Origin: Verrucomicrobiota bacterium
Lineage (GTDB): Bacteria > Verrucomicrobiota > Verrucomicrobiia > Chthoniobacterales > UBA6821
Length of the DNA: 64,000 bases
Reading direction: 5' to 3'
NCBI GenBank assembly: GCA_037127835.1
Contig: JBAXXS010000001.1
Span: 5,275-69,274, forward strand
Shown here: piece by piece, positions 1 through 9,469 of the stretch
How positions within the stretch are numbered: the first letter of the stretch is position 1
Layout of the letters: each line of letters opens with the position of its first letter
The notes under the pieces: model-generated
What the model was told of the DNA's origin: nothing
Seen by the model: the letters and a program-made list of their open reading frames with translations, nothing else
Databases searched by the model: none
Translations under genes and position numbers: made by a program

Positions 1-646
<646 letters not shown>

Positions 647-648
647 TG

Positions 649-739
649 TGGAACTCATGAACTCATGAACAGAATCCAAGAAATCTGCAATTTTCCTCAG
701 ACAAGTATATTTCTCACCTTCCTGACTTCCTGAGTTCCA
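649..739. repeat. Long-loop inverted repeat, GGAACTCA-type (arms are tandem 8-mers)
   Basis: The left arm is TGGAACTCATGAACTCATGAA (649-669) and the right arm is TTCCTGACTTCCTGAGTTCCA (719-739). They are complementary at 18/21 positions with a 49-nt loop. The repeat starts 3 nt after the ligA stop. Confidence 0.8.
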
Positions 740-770
740 TATTAATTCTCTTTCCGCATTCTCTTTCGCC

Positions 771-1994
771 ATGATCACCCCTTCCACTTCCGAGCTTTAC
801 CGTGATTATGTGATGCCGACCTACGGCCGGTTTAATCTTGCCCTGGCACGGGGCGAAGGGACACGGGTTTGGGACGAAGCAGGCAAAGCCTATCTCGATT
901 TCGGCGCGGGTATCGCCGTCTGCTCGCTCGGTCATGCCCACCCCAAGTTGGCGAAGGTTCTGGCCGATCAGGCAGCCACGCTCATCCATACCTCGAATCT
1001 CTACCTGACGCGGCCTCAGGGGGAGTTGGCAAAGCTGATTGTGGAACTCGTGGGACTTGGAGGGAAGACCTTCTTCTGCAACAGCGGAGCCGAGGCAAAT
1101 GAGGGCCTCTATAAGCTGGCCCGGAAATTCGGTGCGCCAACAGATCGCTACGAGATCATCACCTTTATGAATTCCTTCCATGGTCGGACACTCGGCGGCA
1201 TCAGTGCCACAGGTCAGGAGAAGGTGAAAATGGACTTTGCGCCGCTCCTGGAAGGATTCGTTCATGTGCCCTTCAATGATCTGGCTGCAACCGAGGCCGC
1301 GATCAACTCGAAGACTGTCGCTATTCTGCTGGAGCCAGTCCAGGGCGAGGGAGGCATCAATCCTGCAACGGCGGAATTCCTTAAAGGCGTGCGTGGGCTT
1401 TGCGACAAGCATGACCTGCTTCTGATGTTCGACGAGGTGCAGTGCGGCTTCGGGAGGACCGGCGACTGGTGCGCCTGGAGGACAATCGTCCCCTCCGGCG
1501 CCGAACCCGATGCGGTCAGCTGGGCCAAAGGGATCGCCAACGGTGTGCCGCTAGGGGCCTTCTGGGCAGGAAGTCGTTCAACAAAATCCGTTCCACTATG
1601 CGACCTGCTTAGTTCCGGAACTCATGGTACGACCTACGGCGGAAACCCTCTGGTAGCGGCAGCCGGCCTTGCTGTGCTCTCGACGATCCAAGATGAGGGT
1701 TTATTGGAAAATGCCCGGAAGCTTGGGACTCACCTGATGAGGGAGCTGGAGGCGATGAATCTGTCCGCGATCCGACTTGTCAGAGGTGTAGGGCTCATGA
1801 TTGGCATCGAGCTGACTGATCTCGAGGGGGAAGGTATTCCCTCGATCATCGCAACCAAGGCGCTGATGGCATCAGGTTTACTGGTGATTCCCTCCGGTGA
1901 GCGGACGATCCGGCTTTTGCCTCCGCTGAATATTACGAAGGCGGAGGCTGATGAGGCCCTGGCGATCTTGAAGAAGGTCCTGGGGGTGCTTTAG
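771..1994 (+). CDS. argD: Acetylornithine/class-III PLP aminotransferase
   Basis: 407-aa ORF with an ATG start. It carries class-III aminotransferase motifs (FCNSGAEANE, DEVQCGFGRTG, THGTTYGGNPL). The ArgD assignment within the family is by overall resemblance only. Confidence 0.85.
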   Translation: MITPSTSELYRDYVMPTYGRFNLALARGEGTRVWDEAGKAYLDFGAGIAVCSLGHAHPKLAKVLADQAATLIHTSNLYLTRPQGELAKLIVELVGLGGKTFFCNSGAEANEGLYKLARKFGAPTDRYEIITFMNSFHGRTLGGISATGQEKVKMDFAPLLEGFVHVPFNDLAATEAAINSKTVAILLEPVQGEGGINPATAEFLKGVRGLCDKHDLLLMFDEVQCGFGRTGDWCAWRTIVPSGAEPDAVSWAKGIANGVPLGAFWAGSRSTKSVPLCDLLSSGTHGTTYGGNPLVAAAGLAVLSTIQDEGLLENARKLGTHLMRELEAMNLSAIRLVRGVGLMIGIELTDLEGEGIPSIIATKALMASGLLVIPSGERTIRLLPPLNITKAEADEALAILKKVLGVL

Positions 1995-2009
1995 ACCTCC
2001 CTGAGAAGA

Positions 2010-2159
2010 GGGAAAAATCTCGCGCAGAGGCGCAGAGGCGCTGAGAGAAGAATGCAATTACTGGTCTCAGCTAATTTGTACTGAAAGCCGTAAAGGCGGG
2101 GTTGTTTACACTCAGCTTCAATTTTTCTCCGCGCCTCTGCACCTCTGCGGGAAAAAATC
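2010..2159. repeat. Long-loop inverted repeat, CGCAGAGG-type, bracketed by a direct repeat
   Basis: CGCAGAGGCGCAGAGGCGC (2023-2041) pairs with GCGCCTCTGCACCTCTGCG (2131-2149) at 18/19 positions. It is bracketed by GGGAAAAATC (2010-2019) and GGGAAAAAATC (2149-2159). It lies between convergent argD and the deacetylase gene. Confidence 0.75.
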
Positions 2160-2161
2160 AC

Positions 2162-3127
2162 TTAGGCTGCTTTCTTCTTCGATCTGCTGGTTTTTTGGGC
2201 CGAGGGAGAAGCCGAGGGCGAGGCGATGGGGGTAGGATTTTTGCTCTCCAGCGCCAGCAATTCAGAGATAGTCACGAACTTGTAGCCCTTAGAAAGGAGT
2301 GCATCGAGCGTGGAGGGCATTGCCTCGATGGTTCCCTTGTGAATGTCGTGGGAGAGAATGATCGCCCCAGGCTTGGTGCCACCACTCGCCTTCCAGCCAT
2401 TGAGGATGCGGCTTGAAACGACCGAGGCCCCGGGATCTTTCCAATCATCCGGATCCACGGACCAGAGAATGACTTTCATGCCGTACTCCTTTTCGATGGC
2501 GCGGCTGAGCCGGGGATTCGTGGCACCGTAGGGTGGACGCATTAGGGTGACCGGCTTGCCAGTAGTTTGCTTCATAAGGTCCGAAGTGTCTGCCAGCTCA
2601 TGCTGCAGGCCTCCTTCTCCGAGCTTGTTGAGGGCCTTGTGATCCCAACTGTGATTGCCAACCTCGTGTCCCTCGGCGATCTCCCGCTGGAGAATTTCGG
2701 GATGATCCCTCACGCGTTCACCAAGCACGAAGAAGGTTGCATGAATATGACGCTCCTTGAGGATGTCGAGCAGTCTGGGTGTCAGCTTGGCATCGGGACC
2801 GTCATCGAAGGTCATAGCGATGTAGGGGCCGTCAACACGGATAGAGCTGAAGCTACTGCGCTCGGTTCCCGGGGTAGTTTGCACCGGTGCCTGCATGCCT
2901 GCTGGAACCACTGCAGAAGCTGCAGTGGGTATTGCTGTAGGATTAGTGGAAAGAGGCGCAGGCGTTGCCGGGGAGGCTGTCGATGTGGTTCGGATTGGGG
3001 AAGGTGAGAGCTGAGTAGGTGAGGTCGAAGGCGATGTGGAGAGACTTCCTTGCTGGGCAGAGGCGAATGCTGTGGAGAGAATCAATAAAACGGCTGGCAG
3101 GAAGCTGGAGAAGGATCGACGGAACAT
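2162..3127 (-). CDS. Secreted polysaccharide deacetylase (NodB/CE4 domain) with a Ser/Thr/Pro-rich linker
   Basis: It has a signal-like N-terminus (MFRRSFSSFLPAVLLILSTAFASAQQ) and a long S/T/P low-complexity stretch. NodB motifs are present (TFDDGP, HSWDH, LMRPPYG, ILSHD). An alternative upstream ATG at 3148 would add 7 aa. Confidence 0.85.
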   Translation of the reverse strand: MFRRSFSSFLPAVLLILSTAFASAQQGSLSTSPSTSPTQLSPSPIRTTSTASPATPAPLSTNPTAIPTAASAVVPAGMQAPVQTTPGTERSSFSSIRVDGPYIAMTFDDGPDAKLTPRLLDILKERHIHATFFVLGERVRDHPEILQREIAEGHEVGNHSWDHKALNKLGEGGLQHELADTSDLMKQTTGKPVTLMRPPYGATNPRLSRAIEKEYGMKVILWSVDPDDWKDPGASVVSSRILNGWKASGGTKPGAIILSHDIHKGTIEAMPSTLDALLSKGYKFVTISELLALESKNPTPIASPSASPSAQKTSRSKKKAA

Positions 3128-3201
3128 GATGTTCAGAAACTGACACAAATTCCCGAAGATGCACGCGCGGAAAGATAGGGGGAGCGGCTTTTTTCAATGA
3201 T

Positions 3202-4104
3202 CTATATTACAGTCATCAGGGCGCTTGCCCGTGGGGTGAGCAAGCTGAGGAACTCGAGGATAGCCGGTTTTTTCGGCATCGGCCGCCGGGTGACAGCGCC
3301 CATGGGACGCCACATCCGTTCCGCATCGAGCGGCCGTGTGGTCAGTGTGCCCTGCTTGATTTCTTGGCGCACGGAGGTCTCGGGAATGATCGAGATCGCC
3401 TGCTCGGCTTCCACGGCGCCCTTCACGGTCTCAATGTTCTCCAACTCGGCGACGTAGGAGACCCGCACTCCGGAGGCCCTCAGTGTTTTGTCAAGATACT
3501 GGCGGGTGGGTATGTCCGGTGTGAGTCCGACAAAGCGCTGGCCGTCGAGATGCTGGAGCCCCAGAGGTTTCTTGCCCGAGAGAGGATGTCCCGGCGGCAT
3601 CACGAGGACCAATCGCTCCTGCCAGCAGGTGATGGCGCGCATGCCGGGCCGGGCCTTGGGATAAGCGACTAGTCCCAGGTCAGCGCGTCCATCCTCGATG
3701 GTCTGATAGATCTCCTCGGCCTTGCGGTAGTCGACGGTGACCTCGACTCCGGGATGGGTCTTGCGGAACTGCTTAAGCAGGGGAGGGAGATTATGAAGGG
3801 CGATGCTGATGACGCTGGCGATGCGGAGCTTGCCTCCGAGTTCTCCCCGCGCAACACGGAAGCGTGTGCCTAGGCTCTCATAGCGGTTGAGGATGTCTCG
3901 GCAGACCTCCAGATAGACATGCCCTTCGGGAGTGATGCGAAAGGTTTTCCTGCTGCGGTCTATCAACGATACGCCGAAGTGTTTTTCCACGGCCCGTACC
4001 TGCTGGCTCACTGCGCTCTGGGTGATACAGCTTGCCTCGGCGGCGCGGGAGAAATTCCCGGTGTCGCAAAGATCGCAGAAGACCTTGAATCCCTCGATAT
4101 GCAT
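3202..4104 (-). CDS. LysR-family transcriptional regulator
   Basis: 300 aa. The N-terminal wHTH reads FSRAAEASCITQSAVSQQVRAVEKHFGVSLIDR and is followed by a LysR substrate-binding-type domain. It is divergent from yggS. Confidence 0.9.
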   Translation of the reverse strand: MHIEGFKVFCDLCDTGNFSRAAEASCITQSAVSQQVRAVEKHFGVSLIDRSRKTFRITPEGHVYLEVCRDILNRYESLGTRFRVARGELGGKLRIASVISIALHNLPPLLKQFRKTHPGVEVTVDYRKAEEIYQTIEDGRADLGLVAYPKARPGMRAITCWQERLVLVMPPGHPLSGKKPLGLQHLDGQRFVGLTPDIPTRQYLDKTLRASGVRVSYVAELENIETVKGAVEAEQAISIIPETSVRQEIKQGTLTTRPLDAERMWRPMGAVTRRPMPKKPAILEFLSLLTPRASALMTVI

Positions 4105-4105
4105 C

Positions 4106-4118
4106 GGCAGAGTCTGCC
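4106..4118. promoter_or_regulatory. Perfect 6-1-6 palindrome GGCAGAgTCTGCC in the 47-bp lysR/yggS divergent spacer (possible LysR operator)
   Basis: Read directly from the sequence. It lies 2 nt from the LysR start codon. Any operator role is inference only. Confidence 0.3.
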
Positions 4119-4151
4119 TTGATCAGGCGACAAATCCCAAGTCAAAACCCC

Positions 4152-4832
4152 ATGCCTTCCATTGCCGAAAATCTCGAATCCGTCCGCGCGAATATCGCCA
4201 TCGCAGCGCATCGCGCCGGGCGCGCGTCAACAAGTGTGGAGTTGATTGCGGTCTCCAAGACTTACTCCGCTGATGTCATCAGCGAGGCCGTGGAAGCTGG
4301 GCAGGAACTCTTCGGTGAGAATCGTGTCCAGGAGGCATTAATAAAGATCCCGACTCTCCCGGGGCGACTGCAATGGCATCTCATCGGGCATCTCCAGTCC
4401 AACAAGGTTAGAAAGGCGTTGCCATTATTTCAATTGATTCACGGGATCGACTCAACCGCCCTTGCTCGGGATATCGATCGGATCGCCGCCGAGACGGGGC
4501 ATCACCCGCGCGTTCTCCTCGAGGTGAATGTCTCGGGCGAAGAGAGCAAGCATGGTTTCTCACCCGAGATCTTGGAGAGAGATCTTGAGCTGCTTCTTGC
4601 CCTGCCGCGGGTGCAGGTTGAGGGGTTCATGACGATGGCCCCGCTTGCGCCGGAAGCAGAATCGTCGCGTTCTTACTTTGCCTCTCTCAGGGAATTGAGG
4701 GATCGGATGTCCGAAAAAGCGGGAATTCCATTCGGAACGCTCTCCATGGGGATGAGTGGAGATTACCAAGTGGCCGTGGAGGAAGGAGCCACTCTGGTCA
4801 GGGTGGGGTCTGCCATATTCGGCACGCGATAA
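4152..4832 (+). CDS. yggS: YggS-family pyridoxal-phosphate homeostasis protein
   Basis: Alanine-racemase-N fold motifs are present (LIAVSKT, FGENRVQE, WHLIGHLQSNK, LSMGMSGDY, VRVGSAIFG). ATG at 4152 is preferred over the TTG at 4119 given in the ORF track. Confidence 0.9.
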   Translation: MPSIAENLESVRANIAIAAHRAGRASTSVELIAVSKTYSADVISEAVEAGQELFGENRVQEALIKIPTLPGRLQWHLIGHLQSNKVRKALPLFQLIHGIDSTALARDIDRIAAETGHHPRVLLEVNVSGEESKHGFSPEILERDLELLLALPRVQVEGFMTMAPLAPEAESSRSYFASLRELRDRMSEKAGIPFGTLSMGMSGDYQVAVEEGATLVRVGSAIFGTR

Positions 4833-4895
4833 AAAATCCGCCTAATTGAAGATTTTTCGGGTAAAAAAGAGAGAGCTACGCTACCCATAGTGGTC

Positions 4896-5519
4896 ATGTC
4901 AGACTTTCACGAAGAAAACGACGAGCTGCTGGACCTCGAACAAAACCCCTCTGCTGAGGAACTCCAGAATCAGGTTAAGAGAGCGCAATCCGAACTTCTT
5001 CAATTGCGCCAGCGTCAGGATCAGATCGAGAAGGAGAAGGAGCGTCTCGAAGAACTGACTCGTCGCCAGGAGGAGCTGGAGCGGGGGCGCAACGAGATCG
5101 CCGACAAACTCGGTCGCTCCATCATTCTGGTCCAACGTGAAACCGAGGAAGCACAGCGCCGTCTTGAACAGCTCAACACCATTCAGGATTCCTTTGCGGA
5201 GCATCTTCACAACCTTGAAGAGATCGAGCCCAAGTCATGGAACGGCCGTGACCTGCCCCGTGAATTAACCCGTGCGCTCGGCACCGTCGACGAGGCCCGC
5301 GCAGCGTATGCACGCTCTCACGCCAAGATCGCTCCCATCGGGGATCCTGAGACTGGGTTGAACGGCGAGGCCGGAGCGCTCTACCACGAAGGTGGGGATG
5401 GTGAGCAGGGGTTCGCTTACTGGCTTCAGAACGGACTGGCCTTCACGCTGCCACTCTTGATTCTCGGCACGACGGCCCTTTTTGTCTGGATCTGGCATCT
5501 GCTGACAGCTCCCAAATAA
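4896..5519 (+). CDS. Hypothetical tail-anchored coiled-coil membrane protein
   Basis: About 207 aa. The N-terminal ~110 aa are heptad-like and E/Q/R/L-rich. There is a single C-terminal TM segment (LAFTLPLLILGTTALFVWIWHLL). I recognise no family motif. A GTG at 4890 is an alternative start. Confidence 0.6.
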   Translation: MSDFHEENDELLDLEQNPSAEELQNQVKRAQSELLQLRQRQDQIEKEKERLEELTRRQEELERGRNEIADKLGRSIILVQRETEEAQRRLEQLNTIQDSFAEHLHNLEEIEPKSWNGRDLPRELTRALGTVDEARAAYARSHAKIAPIGDPETGLNGEAGALYHEGGDGEQGFAYWLQNGLAFTLPLLILGTTALFVWIWHLLTAPK

Positions 5520-5534
5520 GTCGTTCTCATTTTC

Positions 5535-5963
5535 ATGCCGACTCCCTCTCCCGGCCGCCGCAATGCCCGTCCCCGCCCAGCGGGACAATCGCCATTGCGC
5601 CCGAAGGCGAAGGCTCCGATAAACGACGACCGCTTGCGTCTCGAGAAGGATCTTGAGGAAATTCGGCAACAGGAGCTTCGGCTTAGGAAGCTCGAGGAGG
5701 AGATGAAGAGAAAGGTTGAGGAACTTCCCAAGAAGCTCGAAGAGCGCGAACGCAAGCAGCGGGAGAGGATCCACAAGCTCGCTGTCCTCACCGCAACCGA
5801 TCATGTCGGCCGTCCCCAAGACAAGCGCCATGCCCCGCTTCGGCAGGCCAATGGTGTGCGCCGCATGACCCTTACCGAGCAGCGCAGGTCGAGGATGCAA
5901 TTCCTGATGCTTTGCGCAGTGCTGGCGATCTTCCTAATCCTTCTTTGGAAATCCCTTCCCTGA
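5535..5963 (+). CDS. Hypothetical tail-anchored coiled-coil membrane protein (basic N-terminus)
   Basis: 142 aa. It has an R/P-rich N-terminus, a charged coiled coil (LEKDLEEIRQQELRLRKLEEEMKRKVEELPKKLEERERKQRE) and a C-terminal TM (FLMLCAVLAIFLILLW). It starts 15 nt after the previous gene. Confidence 0.55.
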   Translation: MPTPSPGRRNARPRPAGQSPLRPKAKAPINDDRLRLEKDLEEIRQQELRLRKLEEEMKRKVEELPKKLEERERKQRERIHKLAVLTATDHVGRPQDKRHAPLRQANGVRRMTLTEQRRSRMQFLMLCAVLAIFLILLWKSLP

Positions 5964-6045
5964 GGAGGTTGTCGGACCTCCCCGGCGGCTGCGGAGTCAC
6001 GATAAAGTACTCCTAATTTCCCCGACCGCAGGATAGTTTGAATCG

Positions 6046-7113
6046 ATGACCAAGGCCAACTCAACGAAGACCAAAGGGTCCCAGACAAAGAGTTCCGAAG
6101 GATCCTCGGCCGTCACTGTGGCTCGCGATTTATCGCGCCGTGCCTACCTCACGATGCTGGAGGCCCGTCTCCTTGAGGAAAAGCTGGCCGCGCTCTACCG
6201 TTCCGGAAAAATCGTCGGTGGTGTCTTTCTCGGACGGGGGCAGGAGGCCCTGAGCGTAGCGCTGGGGGTTCATCTGCGCCGGGGGGACATCTATGCTCCG
6301 CTCATCCGCGATCAGGCGGGAAGGCTTGCCTTCGGCGATACCACTTTAGACACACTCCGCACCTATCTCGGCTCCTCCCTAGGCTCCATGCGGGGACGCG
6401 ACGGGAACATTCACCGGGGACGTCCCTCGGAGGGATATCACGCGATGATCAGCCATCTAGGGGCCATGGTCTCCACTGTCTGCGGCGGCCTTGTGGCTAA
6501 GCGCTTTCGCGGTGAGAAGGGTGCCGTGGGTGCCACCTGCATCGGGGAAGGAGGCACCTCGACGGGAAGCTTCCACGAAGGAATGAATATGGCGGCGGTT
6601 GAGAACCTCCCTCTAGTCGTCGTGGTGGCCAACAACCAGTATTCCTATTCAACGCCCAACGACCGTCAGTTTGCCTGTTCCGATCTTCTTTCCAAGGCTG
6701 TCGGATATGGCGTGGCTGGCCATCGCGCCGTTGGCAACGATCTCGTCGATTGTCTCGGTGTGATTGGCGAAGCCGTAGCCGCCGCCCGTCGGGGCGAAGG
6801 TCCTCAGTTAGTGGTTGCTGATCTTCTCAGGCTTGTCGGGCATGGTGAGCACGACGATGCCTCCTACATACCCGAGGCCATGAAGAAATCACCGCTTGGA
6901 CGGGATTGCCTGGAACTCGCAAGGCATTCCCTCATTGAGCGGGAATGGTTGTCCCACGAGGAGGCCGACTCATGGCACAAAGCCGTCGAGAAAGAAGTCG
7001 AGGAGACTGCATCCAAGGTCATGAGGGAACCTGCTCCGGATCCTTCGGAGGAGGATTGGAATGCCTTTGCCTCCCCTTCCCTTGGCAGGAACCTTAAGCT
7101 TGGAGGGATCTAG
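6046..7113 (+). CDS. 2-oxoacid dehydrogenase E1 component, alpha subunit (TPP-dependent)
   Basis: 355 aa with a TPP-binding region (GEGGTSTGSFHEGMNMAAVENLPLVVVVANNQYSYSTP). It is followed directly by the E1 beta and E2 genes. Substrate (pyruvate, acetoin or branched-chain) cannot be determined here. Confidence 0.85.
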   Translation: MTKANSTKTKGSQTKSSEGSSAVTVARDLSRRAYLTMLEARLLEEKLAALYRSGKIVGGVFLGRGQEALSVALGVHLRRGDIYAPLIRDQAGRLAFGDTTLDTLRTYLGSSLGSMRGRDGNIHRGRPSEGYHAMISHLGAMVSTVCGGLVAKRFRGEKGAVGATCIGEGGTSTGSFHEGMNMAAVENLPLVVVVANNQYSYSTPNDRQFACSDLLSKAVGYGVAGHRAVGNDLVDCLGVIGEAVAAARRGEGPQLVVADLLRLVGHGEHDDASYIPEAMKKSPLGRDCLELARHSLIEREWLSHEEADSWHKAVEKEVEETASKVMREPAPDPSEEDWNAFASPSLGRNLKLGGI

Positions 7114-7120
7114 AGAACCC

Positions 7121-8098
7121 ATGAGCAGCATCACCTATCTGGAAGCAATACGCCTAGCGCAGCAGAGGGCTTTGAAAGAGGACCCAAGGGTCTTCATTTA
7201 TGGGCAAGACATCGGTGTGTTCGGCGGTGCGTTCAAGGCCACAAAGAATCTGGCTAAGGAATTTCCGGGCCGTGTTCTGGATGCTCCGATCAGCGAGGAT
7301 GCCATGGTGGGACTCGCCATCGGGGCAGCGGTCGAGGGGATGAGACCCATCGTTGAGATGCAGTTTGCTGACTTCTCCACTTGCGGTTTCAACCAGATCG
7401 TCAACCAGGCCGCCACGCTCCACTACCGCACCGGCACACACTGCCCCATCGTCGTGCGGCTTCCGAGCGGAGGAACACCGGGAAGCGGTCCGTTCCACAG
7501 TCAGAGCATGGAGGCTATCTACGCCCACTACCCCGGCCTGGTGGTGATGACTCCTGCGACCGTTGAGGATGCCTACACGATGCTGCTGGAGGCCATTGAA
7601 TTGGAGGATCCGGTGATCTTCTGCGAGCACAAGTTCCTCTACTACCATCTGAAGGCGGAGAATCTTCCTGCAACAGTTGGTGAGGCGCTTCCCTTCGGAA
7701 AAGCGCGGATCGCACGCCCCGGTAGAGACGCGACAATCGTGGCCTACAGCGCCATGGTTCACGAGGCGCTAGCCGCCGCCGAGGAACTTATTCAGGACGG
7801 CTATGAAATCGAGGTGGTGGATCTCAGAACGGTCCGTCCGATTGACACGGATACGATCCTTGCCTCCGTTGCTAGAACAGGACGTCTGCTTGTGGTTGGG
7901 GAGGCATGGCCCTGGGGAGGAGTTGCTGCAGAGGTCATCGCGCGCGTCGCCACCGAGGGATTTGGTCTCCTGGATGCCCCTCCACAGCGTCTCAATGCGA
8001 AGGAGACGCCTGTTCCCTACCATCCTGCCCTCTGGGGAACTCATCGTCCTACGGCCTCCTCCGTGGCTAATTCCCTGAGGCAACTTCTGGAGCTCTAA
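7121..8098 (+). CDS. 2-oxoacid dehydrogenase E1 component, beta subunit
   Basis: It shows a transketolase-like pyrimidine-binding pattern (RVLDAPISEDAMVGLAIGAAVEGMRPIVEMQFADF). ATG at 7121 is 8 nt after the E1 alpha stop. The ORF-track start at 7061 would overlap E1 alpha. Confidence 0.9.
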   Translation: MSSITYLEAIRLAQQRALKEDPRVFIYGQDIGVFGGAFKATKNLAKEFPGRVLDAPISEDAMVGLAIGAAVEGMRPIVEMQFADFSTCGFNQIVNQAATLHYRTGTHCPIVVRLPSGGTPGSGPFHSQSMEAIYAHYPGLVVMTPATVEDAYTMLLEAIELEDPVIFCEHKFLYYHLKAENLPATVGEALPFGKARIARPGRDATIVAYSAMVHEALAAAEELIQDGYEIEVVDLRTVRPIDTDTILASVARTGRLLVVGEAWPWGGVAAEVIARVATEGFGLLDAPPQRLNAKETPVPYHPALWGTHRPTASSVANSLRQLLEL

Positions 8099-8136
8099 CT
8101 TTTATCGCCCACCGCCCACCCGAAACGCAGATTACC

Positions 8137-9378
8137 ATGTTCCCTTCACCCGACTCTCCCAAGCTCCTCCCGGTCATCATGCCCCAACTTGGCGAGTCGA
8201 TAGCCGAGGCAACCATTGTGAGTGTGACCTTCGCGGTTGGCGACCGTGTGGAGGCTGACAAGGACCTGCTCGAGGTCGAGACCAACAAGGCGGTCATGGG
8301 GGTCACCGCTCCTTGTGGCGGCATCCTTCGTGAACTGAGTGCGACTATCGGCGAGAGTTACGCCGTCGGGGCCACGCTCGGCTATCTCGAAATCAGCGAT
8401 GAGGATGCCGAAAGACTCGGACTGAACGACGCTCCTCCCCCCCCGGTGGAAAAGCCAAAGAAGAAAAAAGCTCTCGGCATCTCGGGAGCAGGCGAGGCGG
8501 AATCCATTAAGCCTTCCAGAAAAGCTGTGGAACCGACGGTCAGCGGTCTTCCTGTGCCCGCTCACGCCGGAGGGGCAAGCTTCCTTTCCCCGCGTATGAA
8601 GGCGCGTATGGCCGAACTGGGTCTTCACGCCGCCGATCTTGCCGGCGTGGCCGGCAGTGGTGCTGGGGGTCGTGTCACGATCGACGATCTGGAGAGGTTC
8701 CTGCAGGATCTCGAGAGGAACACCATTTCCCCCGCCTCTTCCATGCGGGTGGCTGTGGCCGATGCCATGCGCCGGAGTTGGACCAGGCCGCTTGCGACCG
8801 TTGTCCTTCCGATCCAGCTCGATATCCTTCTTGCCCACCGAAAGCTCCAAGCCGTGAAGGCGGGACCGGCTCTCTACGCTCTTCGAGCCCTGGCCATCAC
8901 TCTTTCAGAAATGCCTACCGTGGCGGGTCGTCTCATCGGCGACCGGGTGATTCACCCGCGTTCCATCGACATCGGATTTGCCGTGGAGGCAGAGGACGGG
9001 GTTCTTGTTCCGGTTATCAGACATGCAGACCAGTCGCCTCTCGTGGATCTTATCGGACGCTACAACCGTCTGGTCGAACTTGCCCGTGCCCGGCGTCTTC
9101 CCGGATCCGACACGGGAGGCTCCATCGCGACGATCACCAACTACGGGGTCTTCGGGCTTACCATGGCGACACCGATTCCCCTGCCAGAGCAGAGCATCTT
9201 GCTGGGTATGGGGGCGGGCCGGATTACCCCGTTCTGGGATCAGGAGAAGAAGGCGTTTGTTCCCGTGACGGAGGCCCAATTCACCCTCAGCTTCGATCAT
9301 AGGGTTCTTGATGGAGGCGCTGCGGGAAGACTTCTCCAGCGAGTATCCAATCTCCTTAGCGCGCCGGAAGAGTTATAG
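8137..9378 (+). CDS. 2-oxoacid dehydrogenase E2 (dihydrolipoamide acyltransferase)
   Basis: It has an N-terminal lipoyl domain (LEVETNKAVMGVTAP), a P/K-rich linker, a peripheral-subunit-binding region (SPRMKARMAELGL) and a catalytic domain ending SFDHRVLDGGAAGRLL. Confidence 0.9.
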   Translation: MFPSPDSPKLLPVIMPQLGESIAEATIVSVTFAVGDRVEADKDLLEVETNKAVMGVTAPCGGILRELSATIGESYAVGATLGYLEISDEDAERLGLNDAPPPPVEKPKKKKALGISGAGEAESIKPSRKAVEPTVSGLPVPAHAGGASFLSPRMKARMAELGLHAADLAGVAGSGAGGRVTIDDLERFLQDLERNTISPASSMRVAVADAMRRSWTRPLATVVLPIQLDILLAHRKLQAVKAGPALYALRALAITLSEMPTVAGRLIGDRVIHPRSIDIGFAVEAEDGVLVPVIRHADQSPLVDLIGRYNRLVELARARRLPGSDTGGSIATITNYGVFGLTMATPIPLPEQSILLGMGAGRITPFWDQEKKAFVPVTEAQFTLSFDHRVLDGGAAGRLLQRVSNLLSAPEEL

Positions 9379-9469
9379 GCCGCAGCCATGTGGGTCACTC
9401 CCTTTTCAAGCAAAAGTGGAGTTCTCAGCAAAAAACGGCAACTTTTTTGAAAATGCGGTGTTATTACCC

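Noticed and set aside
6046-9378. The absence of an E3 (lipoamide dehydrogenase) gene after E1alpha-E1beta-E2.
   Set aside because: E3 is often encoded elsewhere and shared between complexes, so this is not unusual on its own.
9308-9469. N-terminal extensions given by the ORF track. Examples are 9308 for the periplasmic repeat protein, 14856, 24890, 43114, 50200, 7061, 21493, 4119 and 3148.
   Set aside because: In each case an internal ATG gives a canonical signal peptide or the conserved family N-terminus, and it removes an overlap with the neighbouring gene. The upstream parts are non-coding read-through of the frame.
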